Notes under the pieces: generated by a model
The model's input: only the letters and a program-made list of their open reading frames with translations
Told to the model about the DNA's origin: nothing
Databases searched by the model: none
NCBI GenBank assembly: GCA_963811105.1
Contig: CAWEPZ010000002.1
Span: 448,001 to 512,000, forward strand
Length of the DNA: 64,000 nt
Direction: 5' to 3'
DNA from: Candidatus Bathyarchaeota archaeon
Lineage (GTDB): Archaea; Thermoproteota; Bathyarchaeia; Bathyarchaeales; Bathycorpusculaceae
Made by a program: the position numbers and the translations under genes
In this document: positions 11,675-21,882 of the stretch, one piece after another
Position numbering within the stretch: position 1 is the stretch's first letter
How the letters are laid out: every line of letters starts with the position of its first letter

Positions 11675-12130
11675 ATGGCGAAGGGCAAACTTTGGACAGT
11701 TGAGGATGAAAGGCAACTTCGACAACTCTTAATAGAAAAAAAGCCTCGGCGTTCTATTGCAAAGGTCCTGGGCAAAACCCTTACCTCTGTACGAATGAAA
11801 ACATCTCGCTTAGGCTTAGTAGTTGTTGATGAGAGTGAAAAAAACACGCCATCAACAACTACCTTTGATAAGTTAATTTTGCCAATTGAGTTGCCTTCAA
11901 TTGAGCAAGAACTCAAGACCTTAGTCGGAGCTTTGAAAGGTCTTGAAGCGCCGAATTTGGATAAGACTGATGTTTTGCGTTTACGCGGGATGCTGAAAGG
12001 TGAGGGGTTACTTAATCTAGAACCCATATTCACAGGTAGATTTTCTAACATTAAATTAAACTTTGAAAATTATCTTTTGGTTGATATATTAACAGAAATA
12101 GAAGTAGAGAAAAAAATCGATTTTTCCTAA
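11675..12130 (+). CDS. Myb/HTH-like DNA-binding protein of archaeal integrative elements, C-terminally truncated or chimeric
   Basis: KGKLWTVEDERQLRQLL..SIAKVLGKT..VRMKTSRLGL and ELPSIEQELKTL..ALKGLE; AT-rich unrelated tail after ~12000. Confidence 0.55.
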   Translation: MAKGKLWTVEDERQLRQLLIEKKPRRSIAKVLGKTLTSVRMKTSRLGLVVVDESEKNTPSTTTFDKLILPIELPSIEQELKTLVGALKGLEAPNLDKTDVLRLRGMLKGEGLLNLEPIFTGRFSNIKLNFENYLLVDILTEIEVEKKIDFS

Positions 12131-12787
12131 TAGCAGTTTTTTCTTTTACTAAATTAAAGCTACTTCATAAGCAAACTATTAAACTGGCGGAAAAAGAATC
12201 GTCCGTGCATCAACCTTCTACTTTTCTTATGGCCGTTAGTTGGAAGGACAACAACAGTTGAAGAATTATGTTTTGTTGTTCTTTCAGCATTGTTTATTGA
12301 GCTTTGGTAGTAGTAGTAGTCGTTGCTGCAAATTTCAACTATACTACTGCTTCTCTTGTTTGAAAAACCTGTTTTTTTACCGATCTGTGAATTTGTTTTA
12401 TGCTATGGTTGAATTGTTAGAAGAAACGCGATTTTTTTTGGCTTTCTTCTTCTTTTAAAGATTAGGTTGAATTGAAAATAAGATAGTTACAAGCCTGAGC
12501 ACGTGTCCAGCGGGCAAAATGGGCTATTTATTATGAGGAATAAGAAAGCCAGAAGCGTCTCGTTTGGGTCCACTGTAATTTTGAAGACGAACAGACTTTT
12601 ATAGAAAATACAAACCCCGTTTGCAAAATAGTGGAATAGGCTGCAATGGGAAAAACGTAAATAGCAACGTTAACATTTGAACTCCATGTTTTATGAAAAA
12701 GCTTAAATGCGTTCTAAACTATCACATAAGTTAGGTATCGTAAGAATTCTACCTTTATAATTGAGAAACATTTAGGAGAAGAATGTT

Positions 12788-14902
12788 ATGTCTTTAACAC
12801 CAACATATCCGGGCGTTTATATCCAAGAACTCCCAAGTGGAGTCAGAACCATAACAGGCGTAAGTACCTCAATAACCGCCTTTATCGGAAGCGCAAAAAT
12901 GGGACCAACCGATAAAGCAACATTAATTCACAGTTTTGGAGAATTTGAATCAATTTTTGGAGGACTGTGGACTCAAAGCAAGATGAGTTATGCTGTTTAT
13001 CAATATTTTCTAAATGGAGGACAAGATGCTTTAATTATCAGAGTATTCCAAGAGAAGCTCATTGCTGTGCCGTCTGCGTCAACAACCACAGCGCTGCAAA
13101 TGCCATCAGGAATTTCAAGTATTGCAACATCAATTACGGTTGCATCTGACGCTGGATTTCCTTCAGCAACACCTTTCTACATCAACATAGGCAGCGAGAT
13201 CCTTAAAGTTACAAATGTTGGATCGCCCACTGTTGGATTGCCCAACACCAACTGGACTGTCCAGCGTGGTCAACTTGGCACAACTGCTGCTTCAGCCGTT
13301 GATGGTGCAACAGTAACTCTTGCCACGACAAGCAATAGTGAAGGAACTGCTACCTTCAGAGTAGAATTAGTCACGCCTTCACAAGATAATAACAGTGTAG
13401 CTGTAAACACACCGTTACTAGATAGTAACAACAAAAATGTCTACCTATATCTAATAGCTGCCTATCCTGGAGCATGGGGACAGAATATTGAATTCGAAAT
13501 AGATATCGGATCAGGAAATGTCGATGAAACCCTTCTTCGTTCGGACCCGAGTCTCTTTAGTTTAACAATTAAGTTGTATGACTCTTACACTCGGAAATAT
13601 CATTCCGGAAATTCGGGCAGTTTAGATACTCAACCAGGCAACTTGCTTCTAACCGAGAAATTCCAAAATTTATCTTTATCCGCTGGAAGCCCCAACTTCG
13701 CTGCAACGGTTTTGAAGCAGAGATCAAAGCTTCTCAGAGTACCCCAAGTTGATTCTAAAGTTGTTGGAAACGATATTCCTCCTTCCCCAACACAGCTTCC
13801 GCCTCCTGCATCACCCCCTTCTTCATTTGCGTATACCTTCCAAACAACGGATACAAACAAAAAAGCTGTGATCCAACTAGTTGGATACACAACCAATGAC
13901 GCGTCAACAATTGGTTCTTCCCTTGACTTAACGACAACACAAGCAACTGGCGATGACGGAGGCACATTGACCTCCTTGAACATTAACGGAAAGACACCTA
14001 AAACAGGCTTTCACGCTTTAGAGGATGCGGACATATTCAATCTTCTTTGTATCCCTCCGTACAATGATAACGAAAACTCGTACAACGGTGCCCTTTATAG
14101 CACAGTATATACAGCCGCCCAATCATATTGTGTTGATAGAAGAGCCATTCTTATTGTAGATCCCCCATCAGATTGGAATTCAAAAAGTGACGTTACTGAC
14201 TCGACCAAAGGCGTTGATGTACCATTGCTTACGCGCAATGCTAATGCCGCCATTTTCTTTCCCCGCATAACCATGGCAGATCCGCTCAATAATGGACAAT
14301 TAATGGAATATGTTCCATGTGGGGAAGTTGCGGGAGTTATCGCTTCAACCGATAGTACACGTGGCATTTGGAAGGCTCCAGCAGGCATCGAAGCAACCTT
14401 GAACGGTGTTTCGGATCTCACTATGAACGGCACTAAAGTGAGGCTGACTGACAAAGAAAATGGCGACTTGAACCCCTTAGGTGTAAATTGCTTAAGAATT
14501 ATGCCTGTTGTTGGACCTGTTGTTTGGGGTTCACGCACAATGAGAGGAGCCGATAGACTTGCCGATCAATGGAAGTATCTCCCAGTTAGACGAACTGCTC
14601 TTTATATCGAAGAGAGCTTATACAGGGGAATCCAATGGGTCGTGTTTGAGCCTAATGACGAGCCGCTTTGGTCGCAAATCCGCCTAAATGTCGGAGCATT
14701 CATGCACGGGCTGTTTATTAAGGGAGCTTTCCAAGGAAGTACGCCGAAGGATGCGTATTTTGTGAAGTGTGATTCGGAAACAACAACTCAAACTGACATC
14801 AACAATGGAATTGTAAATATTGTTGTGGGATTTGCGCCGCTAAAGCCTGCAGAGTTTGTTATACTTAAAATTCAGCAAATGGCTGGTCAGGAGGTATCTT
14901 AA
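12788..14902 (+). CDS. eCIS contractile tail sheath protein (Afp2/3/4-like)
   Basis: PTYPGVYIQELPSGVRTITGVSTSITAFIG; C-terminal GIWKAPAG, LNPLGVNCLR, WGSRT, VRRTALYIEESL, WVVFEPNDEPLW, FAPLKPAEFV; AGGAG RBS upstream. Confidence 0.97.
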   Translation: MSLTPTYPGVYIQELPSGVRTITGVSTSITAFIGSAKMGPTDKATLIHSFGEFESIFGGLWTQSKMSYAVYQYFLNGGQDALIIRVFQEKLIAVPSASTTTALQMPSGISSIATSITVASDAGFPSATPFYINIGSEILKVTNVGSPTVGLPNTNWTVQRGQLGTTAASAVDGATVTLATTSNSEGTATFRVELVTPSQDNNSVAVNTPLLDSNNKNVYLYLIAAYPGAWGQNIEFEIDIGSGNVDETLLRSDPSLFSLTIKLYDSYTRKYHSGNSGSLDTQPGNLLLTEKFQNLSLSAGSPNFAATVLKQRSKLLRVPQVDSKVVGNDIPPSPTQLPPPASPPSSFAYTFQTTDTNKKAVIQLVGYTTNDASTIGSSLDLTTTQATGDDGGTLTSLNINGKTPKTGFHALEDADIFNLLCIPPYNDNENSYNGALYSTVYTAAQSYCVDRRAILIVDPPSDWNSKSDVTDSTKGVDVPLLTRNANAAIFFPRITMADPLNNGQLMEYVPCGEVAGVIASTDSTRGIWKAPAGIEATLNGVSDLTMNGTKVRLTDKENGDLNPLGVNCLRIMPVVGPVVWGSRTMRGADRLADQWKYLPVRRTALYIEESLYRGIQWVVFEPNDEPLWSQIRLNVGAFMHGLFIKGAFQGSTPKDAYFVKCDSETTTQTDINNGIVNIVVGFAPLKPAEFVILKIQQMAGQEVS

Positions 14903-15411
14903 TGCAGTTTTCTGTGAATACTGGTCGTTTTGATCCGTACAAGAATTTCAAGTTCAAAATAAAATGGGATGGTAAATACGTTGCGGGAATGAGCAAAATG
15001 ACTGCTCTTAAACGAACCACGGAGGTCGTTAAGCACAGGGAGGGGGGCGATCATAGTTCAAGTCGTAAGTCTCCTGGTAAAACTGAGTACGATGCGATTA
15101 CTCTTGAAAGAGGAGTTACTCATGATCCAGAGTTCGAAAACTGGGCTAGTAAGGTTTGGAATTACAGTGCAGGCGGCGGTTCTGAGGTTTCTTTGAAGGA
15201 TTTCCGCAAAGACATTATAATTGAGCTACTAAATGAAGCTGGACAGAAGGTAATCGCATACAAGGTTTATCGATGCTGGGTTTCTGAGTATCAACCGCTT
15301 CCTGATCTTGATGCCAACGCGAACGCAGTTGCTATTCAGCACATTAAGATCGAGAACGAAGGTTGGGAACGAGATACATCGGTAACTGAGCCGACAGAAC
15401 CGAGCTTATGA
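14902..15411 (+). CDS. eCIS tail tube protein (T4 gp19-like, Afp1/5)
   Basis: DPYKNFKF, REGG..RKSPGKTEYDAITLERG, FRKDIIIELLNEAG, LDANANAVAIQHIKIENEG; overlaps the sheath stop. Confidence 0.96.
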   Translation: MQFSVNTGRFDPYKNFKFKIKWDGKYVAGMSKMTALKRTTEVVKHREGGDHSSSRKSPGKTEYDAITLERGVTHDPEFENWASKVWNYSAGGGSEVSLKDFRKDIIIELLNEAGQKVIAYKVYRCWVSEYQPLPDLDANANAVAIQHIKIENEGWERDTSVTEPTEPSL

Positions 15412-15418
15412 TTAGAAG

Positions 15419-16264
15419 GTGGAGAATTCTAGTACGCGTCGAACAATTGTTGCCTTCATGCATGGGACATCATATAAAGGTAACTTATTGAAAAAAGCGG
15501 AGCTACGCGAAATTAATGGATACGACCAAGAACTGCTGCTCGAGAATACCTCGGTTTCAACTATCGTCCAAATGAAGTCTCTGCTTGCAAACACCGCTGA
15601 TTTTGGAAATCAAATCGAGCCAAGAGAAAAAGAAAACGTATTGGATAACTTGGCGATTGGCGATCTTGCTGTTCTAATTTTAGAGCTTCGAAAAATGACG
15701 TTTGGAGATACTTTGCAATGTATTATTAATTGTCCCTCATGTAAAGAAATTATGTCAGCTGATATTTCGCTCGCTCAACTCTTGCAAAAGCCAAATAACG
15801 CTGATCCTAAAAGTGTTTATGACGTGAAAGTCGCGGATTTTACTTTGAAGATGAGACCGATCACGGGGGTTGACCTAACTTCGGTAATTGGAAAAGATGA
15901 AACGGCTGCAATGGAACAATTGGTTACATCTTGTATTCTTGAGTCTATTCCAAGACTTCCAGAGAAGTTGGGCGATCAACTCTTAACGAAAATTAGCGTC
16001 AAGTTGAGTGAAATAGACCCAAAAGCCGATATTCTCTTAGATCTCACATGTCCTAGCTGTAACTATAGGTTCCAAGCTCCCTTTGTTCCGGAAGATTTCT
16101 TTTTACGCGAACTTGACGCAAGAAAATCTCAGTTTGAAGGAGAAGTACATTGGATTGCCTTCAATTATCATTGGAGCGAAGATGAAATTCTCTCCTTGCC
16201 CTTGAGCAAACGCAAAAAATACGTCGATTTAATTAACAGAACCCTTTCGGGAGAAAATGTGTAA
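15419..16264 (+). CDS. Tail/baseplate-hub assembly chaperone (T4 gp26-like, two CxxC) with DUF6760-like C-terminus
   Basis: LAIGD..LILELRKMTFGD, CPSC twice, EVHWIAFNYHWSEDEILSLP..RKKY; position after tube. Confidence 0.8.
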   Translation: MENSSTRRTIVAFMHGTSYKGNLLKKAELREINGYDQELLLENTSVSTIVQMKSLLANTADFGNQIEPREKENVLDNLAIGDLAVLILELRKMTFGDTLQCIINCPSCKEIMSADISLAQLLQKPNNADPKSVYDVKVADFTLKMRPITGVDLTSVIGKDETAAMEQLVTSCILESIPRLPEKLGDQLLTKISVKLSEIDPKADILLDLTCPSCNYRFQAPFVPEDFFLRELDARKSQFEGEVHWIAFNYHWSEDEILSLPLSKRKKYVDLINRTLSGENV

Positions 16265-17214
16265 TGGATCAATTCATGAACCACCTATTAACAAGAGCCA
16301 ACAAAAAAAAGAATGAACCCAACATAATGCCTATTTTTGCGCCTGAAATGATACCAGAAACTCTTAAGGTCCCTCAGCATATGTTAACAGATGCAAATCC
16401 GAGATCCAATGTTTCAAGCTTCGAGAACACTTTACCTCTTGAACAACGTCAAGCACAGGGTCAAGAACTATCTGATAAATCACAACACTCGTCCATTTCT
16501 GCAGTTCCATTTGAAAGCAAAAATGAACCCGAGATGTTAGTACCTCATGCTGAAAAGGTAGTTCACAACAACGTATCAACTGATTTTGAATCGACTCATG
16601 AGGCGCTTACTCTGCCTCAAACAAATCCCGAACAACAACAAACACGAGGTCAAGAATTATCCAATAAATCATTACAAACATCCATCCGGCCAATTCCGCT
16701 TGAAGTCGAAAATGAACTAACGACGTTGCCTGCTAGAGAAGAAAAAAGGACAGATAATAACGAAGTAACTAAAAACTTTGAGGCGAAAACCAAACAATCT
16801 ATTCTGCCCAAATCGCATGTTTCAATTAAAGGTGAATATCAAGAAGGATCTATTTCATCAAATAAGCAAGATTCTGAAAATGCAACTTCTATTCCAGAAA
16901 AAATTTTGAGAAACACAAAGGGTGAAGTCGCAAATCACATTAGACCTTTCATGCCTAATCACCTCGAGGAAGCTCAAATAAAACCTATCATACCATTAGG
17001 GGAAAAGATTGCGCCCTCGACAAAATACCAAAGTTCTAAAACAAAGGAAATGAAAAGTAGTTTAGCGGCTGAAAACCTTGAGCCAACAGTAACAATAAGC
17101 ATTGGAAGAATCGAGGTGCGAGCGATAATGCCTGAAAAAACACCTGAAAAAGAGGTTCGCCCTTCTTTATCTCTAGATGACTATCTAAGACAACGACGCG
17201 AGGGAACGCAATGA
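16264..17214 (+). CDS. eCIS low-complexity protein, candidate tape-measure-like
   Basis: Disordered composition; C-terminus PTVTISIGRIEVRA..SLDDYLRQR as seen in eCIS loci; translationally coupled on both sides. Confidence 0.6.
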   Translation: MDQFMNHLLTRANKKKNEPNIMPIFAPEMIPETLKVPQHMLTDANPRSNVSSFENTLPLEQRQAQGQELSDKSQHSSISAVPFESKNEPEMLVPHAEKVVHNNVSTDFESTHEALTLPQTNPEQQQTRGQELSNKSLQTSIRPIPLEVENELTTLPAREEKRTDNNEVTKNFEAKTKQSILPKSHVSIKGEYQEGSISSNKQDSENATSIPEKILRNTKGEVANHIRPFMPNHLEEAQIKPIIPLGEKIAPSTKYQSSKTKEMKSSLAAENLEPTVTISIGRIEVRAIMPEKTPEKEVRPSLSLDDYLRQRREGTQ

Positions 17215-18515
17215 GCAATTATCTGGCCATCGCAACAGTTACCGAAGCTTTGATTCAGCTTCTTAATCCAGTAACTGGTGTGTCGAATACATTGATTGAT
17301 GCTGAACCGCCAGACATGGCTATTCCAAAAAATACCACAAATAGACTGAACATCTTTTTGTATCAGGTTACAGAGAATCAGGGTTACAAGAATTCAGATC
17401 TTCCTACAAGAAATACCGACGGTATATTGGTCAAAAGACCCCTGCTGGGTTTAGATTTACATTACATGATTACTGCTTTGGGAACTGATGATTTACACGC
17501 CCAAATTGTGTTGGCTTATGCTATGCAGATTCTTCATGAAACTCCCTATCTTACCCGCGAATTCATCAACAAAGCAGTTCAATTGGCGCCGACGACCTTG
17601 GGAGAATCTGACCTGGCCAATCAAGTTGAAATGATAAAAATCACCCATCAGAACATGTCGCTTGAAGAAATAAGCAAACTTTGGTCATCTTTTTTCCAGA
17701 CAAACTACAGGCTTTCAACGACCTATCAGGTTACAGTTGTATTGCTTGAAAGCAAAATGGAAACCAAGCCAACTTTGCCGGTTCTAATACCTCAAGTAAC
17801 TACAGTGCAATTGAAACAGCCCATCATACAGCAAGTGCAACCACAGATTCTGGAGTACAATCCTAGCGACCCAACAGTACTCACTCTTATAGGCTTAAAT
17901 TTCCAAGCAGACGATGTGACAGTTCAAATTGGAAATGAAAAACCAGTTCCAACTACCAGTAATTCCGACACAGAAATCAAAATTACAATCCCAACTAGTG
18001 TAACTCCTGGGGTAAAGACTGTCCAGGTCATTCAAAGATCAGATTTGCCGATTGGCTCTTCGACCTCTTCGGCGATTGTGCAGCAGGTTCCACATAACAT
18101 GTTCAAATCAAACGTTGCCGCTTTTGTTTTGGCGCCGAAAATTACCAACGTCAATGGCAATAATATCAGTAGCACAAACGCGATACCAGTAGTACACAAC
18201 CCTGATCCAAAGTCGAGTGTCCCAGATTTGACACTAATATTTGCACCCTTTATCAATCCGTCTCAACAAGTCTCCTTTCTAGTAGGTGATTTCGAATTAC
18301 TGATTCCTCAACAAACTTCAACAAACCCCATAAATTCACTCGCCATAAACCTCTCTAGTTATCCTCAGATGCTCCAGTCGATAACCAATTTTTCAGGCAA
18401 AAAATATTTGCTAAGAATCAGGGTTGACGGAGCAGAAAGCTTGCTTACTGTTGATACAGATAAGTCCTCGCCAACTTATGGGCAATTCATTGCCCCGGTA
18501 ATTTCGGTGACATAA
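17211..18515 (+). CDS. DUF4255 / Pvc16-Afp16-like cap (sheath terminator) with IPT/TIG domain
   Basis: MSNYLAIATVT, LNIFLYQVTEN, LDLHYMITA, EEISKLWS..YRLSTTYQVTVVL, YLLRIRVDGAES. Confidence 0.9.
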   Translation: MSNYLAIATVTEALIQLLNPVTGVSNTLIDAEPPDMAIPKNTTNRLNIFLYQVTENQGYKNSDLPTRNTDGILVKRPLLGLDLHYMITALGTDDLHAQIVLAYAMQILHETPYLTREFINKAVQLAPTTLGESDLANQVEMIKITHQNMSLEEISKLWSSFFQTNYRLSTTYQVTVVLLESKMETKPTLPVLIPQVTTVQLKQPIIQQVQPQILEYNPSDPTVLTLIGLNFQADDVTVQIGNEKPVPTTSNSDTEIKITIPTSVTPGVKTVQVIQRSDLPIGSSTSSAIVQQVPHNMFKSNVAAFVLAPKITNVNGNNISSTNAIPVVHNPDPKSSVPDLTLIFAPFINPSQQVSFLVGDFELLIPQQTSTNPINSLAINLSSYPQMLQSITNFSGKKYLLRIRVDGAESLLTVDTDKSSPTYGQFIAPVISVT

Positions 18516-20462
18516 TTGACCTCTGAGAACTGGGTTCAAAGAAATCAAGAATACCTCACCGCATGCATTAACAATATTAAATCTCAACTCAAGAAACATA
18601 GTAATCCTGCTGAAAATATGGGAATGAACGAGGTTTCTAAACTTCCTTTGTGGACGCTTGAGATCCCTGCGGCTATTGATGGTTTGTGTATTCGCTTTGG
18701 ATTATCTAAATTCGAGAAGTCCCTCTTGCTTTTATGCGCTGCTGTCGAGTTGGACTCAGAGACGGCGCAACTTTGTGCTTCTGCTAAAGGGATTTCAAGT
18801 TCAGTATATCCTACTTTTGGGTTGGCTTTGGTGTTATTTGAGGATGCACATTGGAGCGCCCTTACACCTGCTTCACCTCTTAGACGTTTTAGATTAATCG
18901 AAACATTAGATTCTCAAAGCCTTACACTAAAAGATAGCCGGCTTAGAATCAACGAAAGAATCCTTCATTACCTTACAGGCATTTCCTACCTTGAACCGCA
19001 ACTCAATGGCATACTAATTCCAGTTTATGAAAACTCAGAGTTGTTAGATTCCCACCGATCCGTTGTTGAAAAAATCTTACTTTTGTTGCAAAACGGCGAA
19101 CGCAAAATGCCTCTTGTGCAACTTTTGGGGGCAGAGGAATCAAAGCTCACCGTCGCCAAGAATGCTTGTTCACAACTTGGATTGAATCTTTGGCAGATGG
19201 ATGGAGAATTCATTCCATCTAAGTACGACGAAATTGAGGCGCTAATTAGAGTTTGGTGCCGTGAGGCAGCGCTTCTTGATTCGGGGCTTTATATTTCCGC
19301 AGAAGATGTTGAACCTGCAACACAGAAAATAATAAGACGATTCATCGAGCAAATTCCGGGTCTGGTATTCATAGGCGTTCGCGAACCTTGGGCATCAATG
19401 AAACTTCAGACCATTTCTATCCAAATAAAAAAACCAACGAAAAGTGAACAACAAAAACTTTGGAGCGCTCTTCTCGCTCTGGGCCTCGAAGAACCAGATC
19501 AAAAAGAAATATCTAACATCACAGGCCAATTCAACCTAAGCGCTCAGTCAATCCACGAATCCAGCAAGACAGCGTTTAAACTTTCAAAAAACAATTCAGA
19601 GATCTACAAAACACTGTGGAATACTTGTCGAACAGCAAACCGACCCAGACTATCAGAACTCGCACAAGAAATAATTCCTACTGCAACAATGAAGGACCTA
19701 GTGCTTCCAGAAAAAGAAAAACAGCTTTTAAACGAAATAGCCATTCACGTAGCACAACGCTCCAAGGTGTACGGTGAGTGGGGTTTTGAAGCAAAGAGCA
19801 GCAGAGGACTCGGAATCACTGTATTGTTCTCTGGTCCAAGCGGAACAGGAAAAACAATGGCAGCTGACGTGCTAGCCAACGAGCTTCAACTTGATCTATT
19901 TCGTATCGATTTGTCATCTGTAGTTAGCAAGTACATTGGCGAAACAGAAAAGAATCTGCGACGAGTTTTTGACGCCGCTGAAGGCGGAGGCGCTATACTA
20001 TTCTTCGATGAGGCGGATGCGCTTTTTGGAAAGAGAAGCGAAGTGAAAGATAGCCATGATCGTTACGCAAACATAGAAGTCAGCTATCTTCTCCAGAGAA
20101 TGGAAAACTACAGCGGACTAGCAATACTTTCCACCAACATGAAGAAAGCTTTAGATCCAGCTTTCACTAGGCGAATCAGGTTTATGGTGGAGTTTCCATT
20201 TCCTGACCAGAAGAGTAGAGAAGAAATATGGAAACATGTTTTTCCAGCAAATACTCCCATAACTGACCTCAAACTAAAATGCTTAGCGAATCTAAATATT
20301 ACTGGTGGAAACATTCATAACATGGCTTTATATGCGTCTTTCCTTGCAGCAAATGAAGGTATTCCTGTGAATATGAAACATCTTAAGAGAGCGGCACAAG
20401 TTGAATTTGATAAATTGGAGAGACCCTTAATCCAGTCTGAACTGGAAGGCTGGTCAAGATGA
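18516..20462 (+). CDS. eCIS AAA+ ATPase (Afp15/Pvc15-like) with N-terminal winged helix
   Basis: Walker A GPSGTGKT, VVSKYIGETEKNL, Walker B LFFDEADALFGKRSEVKDSHDRYANIEVSYLLQRME; N-term FGLSKFE..WSALTPASPLRRFRLI. Confidence 0.95.
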   Translation: MTSENWVQRNQEYLTACINNIKSQLKKHSNPAENMGMNEVSKLPLWTLEIPAAIDGLCIRFGLSKFEKSLLLLCAAVELDSETAQLCASAKGISSSVYPTFGLALVLFEDAHWSALTPASPLRRFRLIETLDSQSLTLKDSRLRINERILHYLTGISYLEPQLNGILIPVYENSELLDSHRSVVEKILLLLQNGERKMPLVQLLGAEESKLTVAKNACSQLGLNLWQMDGEFIPSKYDEIEALIRVWCREAALLDSGLYISAEDVEPATQKIIRRFIEQIPGLVFIGVREPWASMKLQTISIQIKKPTKSEQQKLWSALLALGLEEPDQKEISNITGQFNLSAQSIHESSKTAFKLSKNNSEIYKTLWNTCRTANRPRLSELAQEIIPTATMKDLVLPEKEKQLLNEIAIHVAQRSKVYGEWGFEAKSSRGLGITVLFSGPSGTGKTMAADVLANELQLDLFRIDLSSVVSKYIGETEKNLRRVFDAAEGGGAILFFDEADALFGKRSEVKDSHDRYANIEVSYLLQRMENYSGLAILSTNMKKALDPAFTRRIRFMVEFPFPDQKSREEIWKHVFPANTPITDLKLKCLANLNITGGNIHNMALYASFLAANEGIPVNMKHLKRAAQVEFDKLERPLIQSELEGWSR

Positions 20463-20722
20463 AGACGAAAATCGAAATAGGTACGCTTGTCCTTGAGGGT
20501 TTCGACTATCATGATCATTTGCGGATAAGCGGCGCTTTAGAAAAAGAATTGGTAAGGATAGTAAGTAAGAATGGAATATCTGAAAAGCGACCTAACCTAC
20601 AAGCGAAGTCCGCATTGTTAATGCCTTTATCTTTCACCGCACCATTAGACATGAACCCAAGTAAAATAGGCTCTGAAATCGCTAGATGCATCTACGCCGG
20701 AATGAAATTGTGGACAAATTAG
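20459..20722 (+). CDS. Small eCIS-associated hypothetical protein
   Basis: IEIGTLVLEGF..IGSEIARCIY pattern; overlaps the ATPase stop. Confidence 0.7.
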   Translation: MKTKIEIGTLVLEGFDYHDHLRISGALEKELVRIVSKNGISEKRPNLQAKSALLMPLSFTAPLDMNPSKIGSEIARCIYAGMKLWTN

Positions 20723-21071
20723 ATATTACACATAAATTGAACCTTCTTACAGCGAAGAAACCATCTACTCACTTAGCTCGGTCACTGGAAGTATTCTTAT
20801 CAACGATGTAGCGACGAAAATCACAATTGGGAGAACGAAAGTTGTAGAGTCCTCGAAAATGGAGTAACGAACTGAAGCTCGGGCCTAGAACTGAGACCAA
20901 GCCTTTTCCTCCTGCACTTTCAGCATCAGCGCCTCGACGGCCCGGCTTGTCTGAAAATGTAGTTTTTATAGCCCATTTTGTTTTTCCAAATTTTTTTTTA
21001 ACCCCATCAATAACAAATTGATAAATGAGAGGCAAACAATTTCTAGTTCATCAGGTGATTATTATTCATTA

Positions 21072-21576
21072 CTTTTTGGAAAGAGAAGCGAAATGAAAGA
21101 TAGCCATGATCGTTACGCAAACATAGAAGTTAGCTATCTTCTCCAAAGAGTGGAAAACTACAGCGGGCTAGCAATACTTTCCCACCAACATGAAGAAAGC
21201 TTTAGATCCAGCTTTCACTAGGCAAATCAGATTCATTGTAGAGTTTCCCTTCCCAGAACAAAAAGCCGCGAGGAAATATGGAAACACGTTTTTCCATCAA
21301 ATGCGCCCATCACAGATCTCAACTTAAAATGCTTTTCGAACCCTAACCTCAAAGGCGGACACGTATATGACATCGCTTTGTACGCGGCGTTCTTAATACC
21401 CCATGAAAAACATACCTGTAAACATGAAACACTTAGAGAGGGCAGCGCGGGTTGAATACAAAAGATTGGAACGAACCCTAATTTGGTCAGAGCTGGAAGG
21501 CTGTAAGACGAAGATCAAAGTCCACATTGGAACCCTCATCCTTGAAGGATTTGATTATCAAGGCAACCTACGATAG
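21072..21576 (+). pseudogene. Decayed duplicate of the ATPase 3' end plus the start of the small downstream gene
   Basis: CTTTTTGGAAAGAGAAGCGAA.TGAAAGATAGCCATGATCGTTACGCAAACATAGAAGT repeats 20022 onward; collinear to ~20530 with indels and stops. Confidence 0.92.
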
Positions 21577-21882
21577 GGAAAACGATTGAAAAATAGTTGT
21601 TTATACTGGATCGAAAAGAACCATATCACCAAAGATTTTGTACGAGAAAAGACTGTTCTAAATATTTTTGCACCGCTATTTCAGGCTTTATCTGAAAAAA
21701 AATCCCGCACAAGTGGAAACTGAAGTAGACCGCTCAATATATCACGGTCTTATTTGGAGATGTAAAATTGAAGAAAGACAAGTTTATAAGTTTATAATAG
21801 GCATTGACTTTGGGACAAAATTATTTTATCCATGCTTCCCTAGCAACTATGCCTTCTAGGTAGTAAAGATAGCATAAGCGTT

